A program made the position numbers and the translations under genes. Source: Dehalococcoidia bacterium (GTDB lineage: Bacteria > Chloroflexota > Dehalococcoidia > DSTF01 > JACRBR01). Taken from it: DNA of 64,000 bases. The notes beneath the pieces are model-generated. The model saw nothing but the letters and a program-made list of their open reading frames with translations. It did not search any database and had not been told where the DNA came from. The stretch lies in the NCBI GenBank assembly GCA_041494685.1, contig JBGQBE010000003.1, positions 1 to 64,000 on the forward strand, read 5' to 3'. Positions 18,410 to 28,460 of this stretch are shown piece after piece (position 1 is the first letter of the stretch; the number at the start of each line of letters is the position of its first letter).

Positions 18410-18982
18410 CTAGCGGCCGTAGAGTCCGACGATCTCCGCCTGCGCAAGGATGTGCGGCTGCAGCGCAGCCAGCACGGCGGCCTTCGATGCACCGGCCGCC
18501 AGGCCGAGCGGCGCGTCGAGCGCGTAGAGGCGGAAGTGGTAGTGGTGGGGCGCGCCCGCGGGCGGGCAGGGGCCGGTGTACGCCGGCTGGCCGCGGCCGT
18601 TCGCGCCCTGCCGGCCGCCGCTGGCGATGTCGCCCGACGGTACGTTTGCGGGGAGGGCTGATGCGCTTCCCGGCAGATCGAAGGCAACCCAGTGCGTGAA
18701 GCCGCCCTGCAGCGGCGCGTCGGGGTCGTCCATGATCAGCGCGAACGATTTCGTGCCGGACGGAGCGCCCGACCAGCGCAGCGCGGGCGAGGTGCCGGCG
18801 CCCGAGCATGTGTACTGAGCCGGGATCGCGGTGCCGTCCGCGAAGGCCCCGCTGGCGATCGAGAACGTCGATGCGGAGGCCGAGGGCGCGGGCGTGGCGG
18901 CTGTCTTCGATCCGCCGCCGCGGCAGGCGGCGCCGAATGAGAGCAGTGCGAGCATGGAACAGGCGAGGATCGCGCGTATCAC
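18410..18982 (-). CDS. YbhB/YbcL (PEBP family) lipoprotein
   Basis: Lipobox FGAAC; DPDAP, FTHW, YTGPCPP, HHYHF; start position uncertain. Confidence 0.9.
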   Translation of the reverse strand: MIRAILACSMLALLSFGAACRGGGSKTAATPAPSASASTFSIASGAFADGTAIPAQYTCSGAGTSPALRWSGAPSGTKSFALIMDDPDAPLQGGFTHWVAFDLPGSASALPANVPSGDIASGGRQGANGRGQPAYTGPCPPAGAPHHYHFRLYALDAPLGLAAGASKAAVLAALQPHILAQAEIVGLYGR

Positions 18983-19076
18983 GCCTGATCGTACGCATGC
19001 CGCAGCACGCGCCGCAACACACACGATCCGCGCTACCATGCCGCCGCGACAGGAGCAGCGGCACGAGGAGGCGCGG

Positions 19077-19871
19077 ATGGCACGGTTCGACGGGAAGGCG
19101 GCGTTCGTCAGCGGCGGCGGCACGGGGATCGGGCTGGCGTGCGCGCGGGCGATCGTGGAGGGCGGCGGCCGCGTGACGATCGCGGGCCGGCGCGAAGAGG
19201 TGCTGCAGACGGCCGTGGCGGCGCTGGGCGAGCGGGCGGTGTATGTGCGCTGCGACGTGACGGACGACGCCTCCGTCGATGCGGCTGTGGCGGCCGCGGC
19301 GGAGCGCTTCGGCGGGCTGCAGATGGCGGTGAACGCGGCGGGCGTCGGCGCCGTGGGCAGCGTGATGAACGGCACGAGCGCGGACTTCGCGCGCACGCTG
19401 GAGACGAACCTCACGGGCGTGTTCCGCTGCATGCGCGCGGAGTCGCTGGCGATGGACGCGGCGGGCGGCGGCAGCATCGTCAACATCTCGTCGATCGCGG
19501 GCGCGCTGACGCACCGCTGGATGAGCGCGTACTGCGCGTCGAAGGCGGGCGTGAACATGCTGACGATGTGCGCGGCCGACGACCTGGGCGAGCGCAACAT
19601 CCGCGTGAACGCGGTGATGCCGGGGCTGGTCTATACCGACCTGGCGGCGATGCTGACGAGCAGCGACGTCGCGCGCGACGAGTACCTGCGGCTGATGCCG
19701 GTGTCGCGGCTGGGCCAACCGGAGGACATCGGGGCGACGGTCGCGTTCCTGCTGAGCGACGAGGCGTCGTGGATCACGGGGCAGTGCATCGGCGTCGATG
19801 GCGGGCACACTATCCGCAGGGGGCCGGACCTGGTGCCGCTGTTCAGCCAGTTCCTGCCGGCGAAGCGCTGA
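19077..19871 (+). CDS. SDR family NAD(P)-dependent oxidoreductase
   Basis: SGGGTGIG, NAAG, YCASK, IRVNAVMPG. Confidence 0.95.
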   Translation: MARFDGKAAFVSGGGTGIGLACARAIVEGGGRVTIAGRREEVLQTAVAALGERAVYVRCDVTDDASVDAAVAAAAERFGGLQMAVNAAGVGAVGSVMNGTSADFARTLETNLTGVFRCMRAESLAMDAAGGGSIVNISSIAGALTHRWMSAYCASKAGVNMLTMCAADDLGERNIRVNAVMPGLVYTDLAAMLTSSDVARDEYLRLMPVSRLGQPEDIGATVAFLLSDEASWITGQCIGVDGGHTIRRGPDLVPLFSQFLPAKR

Positions 19872-19946
19872 CTGCGGGCGGCCGGCAAGGCGCCAGTACC
19901 GCAAGCGGACATCGTCGTGCGCGGGCTGTACGCCCGCGCCACGGCA

Positions 19947-20951
19947 TTAGCGATAGCCCTCGACGACGGGGCGGCGGGGGAGGCTCCACCAGGCGGCGTC
20001 GCACGCCTCCTTCATCTCGTCGTCGAGCGTGAATGCGGCCGCGGCCAGTGTGGCGTCGAGTTGCTCCGGCTTGCTGGCGCCGATGATCGCCGCCGTGACG
20101 CCGGGCTGGGCGAGCACCCACGACACGGCGACGGTAGGCAGTTGCAGCTCGCGCGCCTCGACCGCCTGGCGCAGCGTTTCGACGGCTTCGAACTGCGCAT
20201 CCTGCCAGTAGCGATGCTGGTACGTGCGGGCGGCGTTGCCGAGCGCGAAGCGCGTCCCTTCCTCCGGGATGCCGCGCTGGTGCTTACCGGAGAGAAATCC
20301 ACCGGCGAGCGGGTTGTAGACGATGACTCCAAGCCCGTGCGCGCGGGCGAGCGGCAGGATCTCCGTCTCGATGTCGCGGTAGAGCAGGTTGTATCGCGGC
20401 TGCAGCGACTCGTAGCGGGCGATGCCGAGCCGTTCGCTGGCGGCGAGCGCGTCGGCGAGGCGCCACGCCGGGTAGTTGGAGCAGCCGGCGTAGCGGACCT
20501 TGCCGGCGCGGACGAGATCGTCAAGCGCGAGCAGCGTCTCATCGATCGGGACGGTGGGGTCGAAGGCGTGGACCTGGTAGAGGTCGATGACGTCGGTCTG
20601 GAGGCGGCGCAGACTGTCCTCGACGGCGCGCTGGATGTGGTAGCGCGAGAGGCCGGCGTCGTTCGCGCCGGGCCCCATGCGGCCGGCGCACTTCGTGGCG
20701 AGGACGACCTTGTCGCGCACGCCGCGGTCTCGCATCCAGCGCCCGACGATCTCCTCCGTGCGGCCGGCGGTCGTCTCGTCGCCGCCGAGCGGATAGACGT
20801 CGGCGGTGTCGATGAAGTCGATGCCGCCCTCGAACGCGCGGTCGAGGATGGCGAACGAGGTGGCCTCGTCGCACTGGAGGCCGAAGGTCATGGTGCCGAG
20901 GCAGAGGGGCGGGACGCGGAGCCCCGTGCGGCCGAGCGAGCGAGTCTGCAT
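19947..20951 (-). CDS. aldo/keto reductase
   Basis: LCLGTMTFG, DTADVY, ATK, IDLYQVH, GCSN. Confidence 0.95.
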   Translation of the reverse strand: MQTRSLGRTGLRVPPLCLGTMTFGLQCDEATSFAILDRAFEGGIDFIDTADVYPLGGDETTAGRTEEIVGRWMRDRGVRDKVVLATKCAGRMGPGANDAGLSRYHIQRAVEDSLRRLQTDVIDLYQVHAFDPTVPIDETLLALDDLVRAGKVRYAGCSNYPAWRLADALAASERLGIARYESLQPRYNLLYRDIETEILPLARAHGLGVIVYNPLAGGFLSGKHQRGIPEEGTRFALGNAARTYQHRYWQDAQFEAVETLRQAVEARELQLPTVAVSWVLAQPGVTAAIIGASKPEQLDATLAAAAFTLDDEMKEACDAAWWSLPRRPVVEGYR

Positions 20952-21048
20952 GTGTGCGCCTCCGTTGCCTGGGTGCGGGGTTCTGGCAGCGCGGGCGCTG
21001 CGGTAGCATCAGCGTGACAGACGGAGCGCGCACACAGAAGCGGAGGCG

Positions 21049-22077
21049 ATGATGAAGCTGGGACTTTCGGCCGGGTACTGGAGCAGTGGCCCGCCGGCGG
21101 GCGTGGACGAGACGATCGCCGCTGCGGAGAGCCTCGGGTTCGACTCGATGTGGACGGCCGAAGCGTACGGCTCCGATTGCCTGACGCCGCTGGCGTGGTG
21201 GGGCGCGAAGACTTCGCGGATTAAGCTAGGCACCTCGATCGCGCAGCTGTCGGCGCGGACGCCGGCGGCGATGGCGATGGCGGCGATGACGCTGGACCAC
21301 CTCTCGGGCGGGCGCTTCATCCTGGGGCTCGGCGCATCGGGGCCGCAGGTGGTGGAGGGCTGGTACGGGCAACCCTATCCGAAGCCGCTGGCACGCACGC
21401 GCGAGTACATCGAGATCGTCCGGCGCATCGTCGCGCGGGAGGCGCCGGTGGAGTTCCACGGCGAGCACTACGACATGCCGTTCCGGGGCGGCATGGGGCT
21501 GGGCAAGGCGTTGAAATCCACGATTCACCCGCTGCGCACGCGCATCCCCATCTACCTTGCGGCGGAGGGGCCGAAGAACGTCGCGCTGGCGGCGGAGGTC
21601 GCGGACGGCTGGCTGCCGCTGTTCTTCTCGCCGAAAAGCGACGGCTTCTACCGCAAGGCGCTCGCGGAAGGGTTCGCCAAGTCGGGGACGCCGGAGAAGG
21701 CGGACACGTTCGAGGTTGCGTCGATGGTGTCGATCATCGTGAGCGACGACGTGGAGAAGGCGGCGGACCTGCTGAAGCCGAACCTGGCACTGTACGTCGG
21801 CGGCATGGGCGCGAAGGGCGCGAACTTCCACTACGACGTGCTGGCGCGGTTGGGCTACGAGGACGACTGCGCGCGCATCCAGAAGCTGTACCTGGAGGGC
21901 AACAAGCGCGACGCGATCGCGGCCGTGCCGACGTCGATGGTCGAGGACACGTCACTGATCGGGCCGATCGAGAAGATCCGCGACGAGTTGCAGGCGTGGA
22001 AGTCGACATGCCTGACGACGATGCTCGTCGGCGGGCCGCCGCAGACGCTGGAGCGTGTGGCGTCGGTGGTGTTGTAG
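21049..22077 (+). CDS. LLM-class F420-dependent oxidoreductase
   Basis: WTAEAYGSD, TLDHLSGGRFILGLGASGPQVVEGW. Confidence 0.9.
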   Translation: MMKLGLSAGYWSSGPPAGVDETIAAAESLGFDSMWTAEAYGSDCLTPLAWWGAKTSRIKLGTSIAQLSARTPAAMAMAAMTLDHLSGGRFILGLGASGPQVVEGWYGQPYPKPLARTREYIEIVRRIVAREAPVEFHGEHYDMPFRGGMGLGKALKSTIHPLRTRIPIYLAAEGPKNVALAAEVADGWLPLFFSPKSDGFYRKALAEGFAKSGTPEKADTFEVASMVSIIVSDDVEKAADLLKPNLALYVGGMGAKGANFHYDVLARLGYEDDCARIQKLYLEGNKRDAIAAVPTSMVEDTSLIGPIEKIRDELQAWKSTCLTTMLVGGPPQTLERVASVVL

Positions 22078-22170
22078 CTGGTGGCTGGTCATGGGTGATT
22101 CGGGCTGTGTTATAGCGGCGCTGGGGACTATACTCGCGTCATCGGTTGTAACTTCAGGAGGTGAAGCGAG

Positions 22171-22542
22171 ATGATCAAGGGACTACGGGTAGCGTCGATC
22201 TGGAGCGAAGACGTGCAGAAGCTGCTGCCGTTCTATCGCGACGTGCTGGGCCTGTCGGTGGGCATGGAGGTGCCGGGCTTCGTCGTGCTGGGCGACCCGA
22301 ACGGGCCGGCGCTTGCGCTGGGCACGCATAGCGACGTGAAGGGGCGCGCGGGCGACCCGTACCGCCACATGGTCGGGCTGGACGTGGACGACTGCAAGGC
22401 GGAGGCGGCGCGGCTGAAGTCGAAGGGCGTCGAATTCATCGAGGAGCCGAACGAGGCGCCGGGCGGCGGCCTGACGCTCGCGACGTTCAAAGATCCCGAG
22501 GGCAACCTGGTGCAGCTCATGCAGTTCCACGGACCGATGTGA
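22171..22542 (+). CDS. VOC/glyoxalase family protein
   Basis: FYRDVLGL, FKDPEGNLVQL. Confidence 0.9.
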   Translation: MIKGLRVASIWSEDVQKLLPFYRDVLGLSVGMEVPGFVVLGDPNGPALALGTHSDVKGRAGDPYRHMVGLDVDDCKAEAARLKSKGVEFIEEPNEAPGGGLTLATFKDPEGNLVQLMQFHGPM

Positions 22543-23984
22543 GCGAGGCGGGCGCGCAGGGGCGCGCGTGGCCGTTCAGGCTCTCGTTCCACGGTGGCGC
22601 AAACACCGTGACGGGTTCGCGCTACCTGCTCGAGGCGGGCGGGCGGCGGTTGCTGATCGACTGCGGCATGTTCCAGGGGCTGAAGGAACTGCGCTTGAAG
22701 AACTGGGAGCCGCCCAGTTTCGATCCGCAGTCCGTCGACGCGATGGTGCTGACGCACGCGCACATGGACCACGCCGGCTACATCCCGCGGCTGGCGCGCG
22801 AGGGCTTCCGTGGACGCATCTATTGCGAGCGCGCGACGCAGGCGCTGGCGGAAGTTGTGCTGCTGGACGGCGCGAAGCTGCAGGAAGAGGACGCGGAATA
22901 CGCCAATCGCAAGGGCTACAGCAAGCACCACCCGGCGCTGCCGCTCTACACCGGCGCTGACGTGCTGGCGGCGATGCGGCTGTTCCGCACGGTGGACTAC
23001 GGCGACTGGATCGACGTGGGAGGCGGCGTGCGGGCGCGGCTGCACAATGCCGGGCACATCCTGGGCTCGTCGTTCGTCGAGGTGGAGGCGCCGGGGCCGG
23101 AGGGGATCGCGCGCATCGTCTTCAGCGGCGACGTGGGCCGCTACGGTGCGGAGCTGCACACCGACCCGGACCCGCTCTGCGCGTGCGACGCGCTCGTCAT
23201 CGAATCGACGTACGGCGACCGCGTGCACACCGAGACGCCGCTGATCGACCAGATCCGCGGGCCGTTCCTGGAGACGATCCAGCGGAAGGGCACGATCCTG
23301 ATCCCGTCGTTCGCGATGGCGCGGACGCAGCTCGTGACGCTGATGCTGGGCGAGCTGATGGACTCGGGCCAGGTGCCGCGCGTGCCGGTGCACGTCGACA
23401 GCCCGATGGCGATCGAGATCACCCGCATCTACGACGCGCACCTGGGCACGGGCGAACTGGACCGGGGCCTCGGCGACGAGCGGCAGTCGCGGCTGCTGCC
23501 GCACGGCGTGCTGTTTCACCGCACGGTGGACGAATCGAAGACGCTGAACCACCTGCCGGGGCCGCGCGTGATCATCTCGTCCAGCGGCATGCTGACGGGC
23601 GGGCGGGTGCTGCACCACCTGGAGCGGCTGCTGCCGGACGAGCGGAACCTGGTGATGCTGGTGGGGTTCCAGGCGCCCGGGACGCGCGGCCGCTCGCTGC
23701 AGGACGGCACGCAGATGCTGCGCATGCACGGCCGGGACGTGCCGGTGCGCGCGCGGGTGCTTCCGGTCGAGGGGATGTCGGCGCACGCGGACAGCAACGA
23801 GCTGATGCGGTGGCTGCGGTCGGGGCCGTCGCTGCCGAACGCGGCGTTCGTCACGCACGGCGAGCCGGAGGCCTCGGCGGCGCTCGCGAAGCGCATCGGC
23901 GAGGAGGCGGGCGTGCCGTCGTACACACCGCACATCGGCGACGGATACGACCTGGCGGACGTGATCGCGGCGGGGCGGGCGTAG
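22539..23984 (+). CDS. MBL-fold metallo-hydrolase, beta-CASP RNA-processing type
   Basis: THAHMDHAG, AGHILGS, ESTYGDR, SAHAD, THGE. Confidence 0.93.
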   Translation: MSEAGAQGRAWPFRLSFHGGANTVTGSRYLLEAGGRRLLIDCGMFQGLKELRLKNWEPPSFDPQSVDAMVLTHAHMDHAGYIPRLAREGFRGRIYCERATQALAEVVLLDGAKLQEEDAEYANRKGYSKHHPALPLYTGADVLAAMRLFRTVDYGDWIDVGGGVRARLHNAGHILGSSFVEVEAPGPEGIARIVFSGDVGRYGAELHTDPDPLCACDALVIESTYGDRVHTETPLIDQIRGPFLETIQRKGTILIPSFAMARTQLVTLMLGELMDSGQVPRVPVHVDSPMAIEITRIYDAHLGTGELDRGLGDERQSRLLPHGVLFHRTVDESKTLNHLPGPRVIISSSGMLTGGRVLHHLERLLPDERNLVMLVGFQAPGTRGRSLQDGTQMLRMHGRDVPVRARVLPVEGMSAHADSNELMRWLRSGPSLPNAAFVTHGEPEASAALAKRIGEEAGVPSYTPHIGDGYDLADVIAAGRA

Positions 23985-24031
23985 CGGCGCGCCGTGCGCA
24001 TGGCGATCTCGCTGTGCTATCGTCTCGCGTG

Positions 24032-24895
24032 ATGCCGGACGCGAATATCACCGCCACGCTGCTGATCTCCTGCCGCGACCAGAAGGGGCTGGTGGCGGCC
24101 GTCTCGGACTTCCTCTACCGTCACGACGGCAACATCGTGCACGCGGACCAGCATACCGACCACGAGGAGGACGTGTTCCTCCAGCGCGTCGAGTGGCAGC
24201 TGGCGGGCTTCGCGCTGGGACGCGACGCGATCGCGGAGGCGTTCCGGCCGATCGCCGAGCGCTTCGACATGACGTGGACGCTGCGCTTCTCGGACGAGGT
24301 GCCGCGCGTGGCGCTGCTGGTGAGCAAGCTGCACCACTGCATGTACGACCTGCTGGCGCGCTGGCGGCTGGGCGAGCTGCACGCGGAGATCCCGATCGTG
24401 ATCAGCAACCACGCCGACGCGGGGGAGATCGTGGGCGATTTCGGCGTCGAGTTCCGACACCTGCCGGTGAGCGCGGAGACGAAGGCGGCGCAGGAGCGGC
24501 AAATGGCCGAGCTGCTGGCGGAGCGGAAGATCGACGTGGTGATCATGGCACGCTACATGCAGGTGCTGAGCGACGGCATCGTGCGGCGCTACCCGAACCG
24601 GATCATCAACATCCACCACTCGTTCTTGCCGGCGTTCGCGGGCGCGCGCCCGTACCACCAGGCGCACGAGCGCGGCGTGAAGATCATCGGCGCGACGGCG
24701 CACTACGCGACGCCGGAGCTGGACCAAGGGCCGATCATCGACCAGGACGTGGCGCGGGTGAGCCACCGCGACTCGGTAGACGACCTGGTGCGCAAGGGCC
24801 GCGACCTGGAGAAGACGGTGCTGGCGCGCGCGGTGGACCTGCACCTGCGCAACCGGGTGCTGGTGTACGGGAACAAGACCGTCGTCTTCGACTGA
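24032..24895 (+). CDS. purU: formyltetrahydrofolate deformylase
   Basis: N-terminal ACT domain; ARYMQVLS, INIHHSFLPAF, GVKIIGATAHY, LDQGPII. Confidence 0.96.
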   Translation: MPDANITATLLISCRDQKGLVAAVSDFLYRHDGNIVHADQHTDHEEDVFLQRVEWQLAGFALGRDAIAEAFRPIAERFDMTWTLRFSDEVPRVALLVSKLHHCMYDLLARWRLGELHAEIPIVISNHADAGEIVGDFGVEFRHLPVSAETKAAQERQMAELLAERKIDVVIMARYMQVLSDGIVRRYPNRIINIHHSFLPAFAGARPYHQAHERGVKIIGATAHYATPELDQGPIIDQDVARVSHRDSVDDLVRKGRDLEKTVLARAVDLHLRNRVLVYGNKTVVFD

Positions 24896-24909
24896 CGCGG
24901 TCGGTTTGT

Positions 24910-24936
24910 CCACAGATAACACAGATGGGCACAGAT
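24910..24936. repeat. triple CACAGAT repeat between convergent genes
   Basis: CCACAGAT-AA-CACAGAT-GGG-CACAGAT seen directly. Confidence 0.7.
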
Positions 24937-24984
24937 GACGGACGGTGAGTGGCGGCTCGCGTCAGATGCCGGGTGCGGCGCCGG

Positions 24985-26394
24985 CTACACCGGCGCGGCG
25001 GGGGCGGTGAGCGGCCAGGGGCGCGCGCGCTCCATCGCCAGCGCCAGGTCGAGGAGCAGGGCGTCTTCGTGGCGTCGGGCGATGGCCTGGAGTCCGACCG
25101 GCAGGCCGGAGGGCGTGAGACCCGCCGGGATCGAGATGGCGGGATAGCCCGTGATGTTCGCCGGGATCGTCAGCGCGCCGTTGTTGTTGCGGCCGACGCG
25201 CTCGCCGTCGACGCGGCTGGGCATCGGGCCCTCCGCGGCGAACGGCTCGACCGGGTCGGTGGCGCAGAGGATGATGTCGGTCCCCTCGAACACGTCGGCC
25301 ATGGCCTCGTTGAGGTCGGCGCGGAAGCGGTCCACCCCCGCGGCGTGCCAGACGCGGTAGTGCTCCGCGGTCCACTGCATCGAGAACGCGATCTCGAACG
25401 TCAGGTCGTCCTTGCAGTCGGGCCAGAAGTCCTTGAGGTCGTTGAAGAGGCCCGGCGCGCCGGCGTTCAGCCACTTCGCGCCGCCCTCTGGCAGGCGCAC
25501 GTCGAGATCGACGCGGCGCATGCCGGACGCTTCGACGATGGCGGCGGCGGCGTCCGTGACGACGCGGCGGATGTCGGCGGCGAGGACGGTGCAGCCGAGG
25601 TCGGGCGAGACGGCGACGCGCAGGCCTGGCAGGTCGTGCGTGCCGAGGTCGCGCTCCCAGCCGTCGATGCGTGGCAGGGAGAAGGGGTCGCGCGGGTGGT
25701 AGCCGGAGGCGACGTCGTACCAGCGGGCGGTGTCGCGCACGCTGCGGGAGACGGTGCCCCAGTTCGACGTGAGCGGCCCGTTCCGGGCGTGCGGCCCGCG
25801 CGGGATGCGACCGAAGGTGCCCTTCATGCCGACGAGGCCGCAGAACGCGGCGGGCTTGCGGATCGATCCGCCGCCGTCGCTGGCCGTGGCGAGCGGCACG
25901 AGGCCCCCGGAGACCGCGGCCGCCGATCCGCCGGACGATCCGGCCGGCGTGCGCTCGGTGTTCCAGGGGTTGCGCGTGACGCCGTGGAGCTTCGTCGCGG
26001 TGTAGGCGACGAGGCCGAACTCCGGCGCGGCGGACTTGCCGACGATGACGGCGCCCGCGGCGCGCAGGCGCGCGACGTGTGTGGAGTCGTGGTCGACGAT
26101 GTTGTCCTTGTACGGCACGGAGCCGTACGTCGTGGGCATGTCCTTCGCGTGCTCGAGGTCTTTCACGAGCAGCGGCACGCCGGCGAACGCGCCGGGGTCC
26201 TCGCCGGCGGCGACGCGGCGGTCGATCTCGGCGGCCTGGCGGCGCGCGCCGTCGGCATCGAGGTAGACGACGGCGTTGAGCTTCGACGCGGCGATGGCGG
26301 CGAGCGAGGCTTCCAGCACGTCGGCGGAGCGGATTTCGCCGCGGCGGATGGCGTCGGCGAGCGAGCAGGCGTCTTGCATCCAGGGTGTCGTCAT
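24985..26394 (-). CDS. amidase signature family protein
   Basis: VKD, GSSGGSAAAV, SDGGGSIR; GGAGGTG RBS. Confidence 0.93.
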   Translation of the reverse strand: MTTPWMQDACSLADAIRRGEIRSADVLEASLAAIAASKLNAVVYLDADGARRQAAEIDRRVAAGEDPGAFAGVPLLVKDLEHAKDMPTTYGSVPYKDNIVDHDSTHVARLRAAGAVIVGKSAAPEFGLVAYTATKLHGVTRNPWNTERTPAGSSGGSAAAVSGGLVPLATASDGGGSIRKPAAFCGLVGMKGTFGRIPRGPHARNGPLTSNWGTVSRSVRDTARWYDVASGYHPRDPFSLPRIDGWERDLGTHDLPGLRVAVSPDLGCTVLAADIRRVVTDAAAAIVEASGMRRVDLDVRLPEGGAKWLNAGAPGLFNDLKDFWPDCKDDLTFEIAFSMQWTAEHYRVWHAAGVDRFRADLNEAMADVFEGTDIILCATDPVEPFAAEGPMPSRVDGERVGRNNNGALTIPANITGYPAISIPAGLTPSGLPVGLQAIARRHEDALLLDLALAMERARPWPLTAPAAPV

Positions 26395-26600
26395 GGGCAT
26401 CACCTCCGTGCGGCGTCTGTGGACGAGTGTAGTGCGGCGGGCGGTTACGCACGAGCGCGGCACCTGACAGGTGGTCCGACTCCGCCGGACGCACAGCTGG
26501 GGACGGCTGTGCTACACGGTTCGCGCGACGGGGCCAGGCGTTTTTCAGTACCCTACGACCAATCTGGTCAGTGTCAGATCGTTGAGTGGAGGGAGATGCG

Positions 26601-27104
26601 ATGACGACCCAACTCGACCCGGCGGCGCTGGAGGTGCTGGCGACGACGCCGGCAGTGCTGCGCGCGATGCTGGGCAGGCTGCCGGACGCAACGGTGAGCG
26701 CGCCGGGCGCGGAAGGATGGTCACCGAAAGACGTCGTGGCGCACCTGGCGTCGATCCAGCGGCCAGCCGTGATCGAGCGGATCGGCGCGCTGCTGTCGAA
26801 CGAGGGCGCGACTGTGCCGAACGTCGATGAGGACGGGGCGCTGGCGCAGTCCGGGCTGCGTGGCCGGCCGCTGGAGGACGTGCTGGAGATCTTCGCGGAG
26901 CTGCGGGCGGAGGCGATGACGCTGCTGAGGTCGATCGAACCGGCGCAACTCGGGCAATGGGGCAAGCACTCGGTCGCCGGCGAGATCAGCGTGGCCGACA
27001 CGATCCACCACCTGGCATACCACGACCTGCTGCACATCGCGCAGGTGGCGCGGCTGCTGTACGTGCCGATCGAGCGCGAGCGCGGCGCGATGCGGATGTT
27101 CTGA
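26601..27104 (+). CDS. DinB family protein
   Basis: WSPKDVVAHL...HDLLH metal-binding histidines. Confidence 0.88.
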   Translation: MTTQLDPAALEVLATTPAVLRAMLGRLPDATVSAPGAEGWSPKDVVAHLASIQRPAVIERIGALLSNEGATVPNVDEDGALAQSGLRGRPLEDVLEIFAELRAEAMTLLRSIEPAQLGQWGKHSVAGEISVADTIHHLAYHDLLHIAQVARLLYVPIERERGAMRMF

Positions 27105-27110
27105 CGCCGC

Positions 27111-28298
27111 TCAGTCCCGCGGCAGACCGAGGCCGCGCTGGGCGATGATGTTGCGCTGCACTTCGGACGTGCCAGCCGCGATGGTGTAGGAGACGGCGGC
27201 GAGGTAGTACGCCGCGATCCGGCCGTCGAGCGGCGCCCACGCGGAGCCGCGGGCGAGCACGCCGGCCGTGCCCATCAGCCCGACGGCGGCGACCGAGAAC
27301 CGCGACTGCAATTCCGTGGAGTAGAGCTTGGCGACCGAGGCCTCGGCGTTCGGCACCTGGCCCTGCCCCTGCATCCACGCGACGCGGTAGGCGAGCAGGC
27401 GGCCGAGCGTGAACTCGATGTGCAGCTCGGCGAGGCGGTGGCGGATCACGGGGCGGTCGATCATGCGGACGCCGTCGTCGTTGTGCTCGCGCGCCCAGGC
27501 GATGAGATCGTGCAGCAGCGTCTCGGCGAAGACGATGCGCTGGATGCCGGAGCGTTCGAAGTCGAGCGTGGTGGTGGCGACGTACCAGCCGCGGTTGAGC
27601 TCGCCGACCAGGTTAGCGCGCGGAATGCGCACGTTGTCGAGGAAGAGCTGATTGAAGGCGGCCGAGTCGAGCATGTTCGTCAGCGGCGTGATCGTGATGC
27701 CGGGCGACTTCATGTCGAGCAGGAAGTAGCTGATGCCGCGGTGCTTCGGCGCTTCGGCGTCGGTCCGCGCGAGCAGGATGCAGTAGTCGGCGCGATGCGC
27801 GCCGGACGTCCAGATCTTCTGCCCGTTCACGACGAAGTCGTCGCCGTCCTGTACGGCGCGCGTCTGGAGCGACGCGAGGTCGGAGCCGGCGCCTGGCTCG
27901 CTGAAGCCCTGGCACCAGCTCATCTCGGCGCGGGCGATGCGGGTGAGGAAGCGCTGGCGCTGGTCCTCGGTGCCGTGCAGCATGAGCGTGGGGCCGACCA
28001 TCGCCACGCCGGTGCCGCCGAAGCCGGGCGCGCGGAGGCGGGACATCTCCTCGTTGTAGACGAGCTGCTGCATGGCGCCTGCGCCGAGGCCGCCGTACTC
28101 CTTCGGCCAGGCGAGCGTCAGCCAGCCCTTGTCGGCGAGCTTGCGCTGGAAAGCGCGCGAGGCGTCGCTGACCTCGCGGGGCGCGTCCTCGCGGTCGTTG
28201 TAGGCGGCGCGGCCCCAGTCGGCAGGCAGCTCGGCGCGGACGAAGGCGCGGATCTCGTCGCGGAACGCCTCTTCCTCGGGGCTGAAGTGGAAGTCCAT
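27111..28298 (-). CDS. acyl-CoA dehydrogenase family protein
   Basis: WCQGFSEPGAGSDLASL, NGQKIWTS, FNQLFLD, TIAAGTSEVQRNII. Confidence 0.95.
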   Translation of the reverse strand: MDFHFSPEEEAFRDEIRAFVRAELPADWGRAAYNDREDAPREVSDASRAFQRKLADKGWLTLAWPKEYGGLGAGAMQQLVYNEEMSRLRAPGFGGTGVAMVGPTLMLHGTEDQRQRFLTRIARAEMSWCQGFSEPGAGSDLASLQTRAVQDGDDFVVNGQKIWTSGAHRADYCILLARTDAEAPKHRGISYFLLDMKSPGITITPLTNMLDSAAFNQLFLDNVRIPRANLVGELNRGWYVATTTLDFERSGIQRIVFAETLLHDLIAWAREHNDDGVRMIDRPVIRHRLAELHIEFTLGRLLAYRVAWMQGQGQVPNAEASVAKLYSTELQSRFSVAAVGLMGTAGVLARGSAWAPLDGRIAAYYLAAVSYTIAAGTSEVQRNIIAQRGLGLPRD

Positions 28299-28460
28299 GG
28301 ACGCCCTCCTCCTTGACATGGTTCGGGCAGCGCAAAGCGATGCTAGCACAGCGCGGCCCTTGATCCTTCCCATGCACTCTTGAACCCGCAGCCCGCAGCG
28401 GGTATCGTCGCGGACATCCCCGCGTGTCGGCCGGCGCCGATTACCCTGGACGGACCGCAC

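Noticed and set aside
16637..19904. Long antisense ORFs (16637-18253, 18294-19904, and similar ones throughout the window)
   Set aside because: Shadow frames of real genes in high-GC DNA; Arg/Ala/Pro-rich with no motifs
26557..26569. GACCA-atc-TGGTC inverted repeat upstream of the DinB gene
   Set aside because: Too short to call as an operator, and no regulator is adjacent
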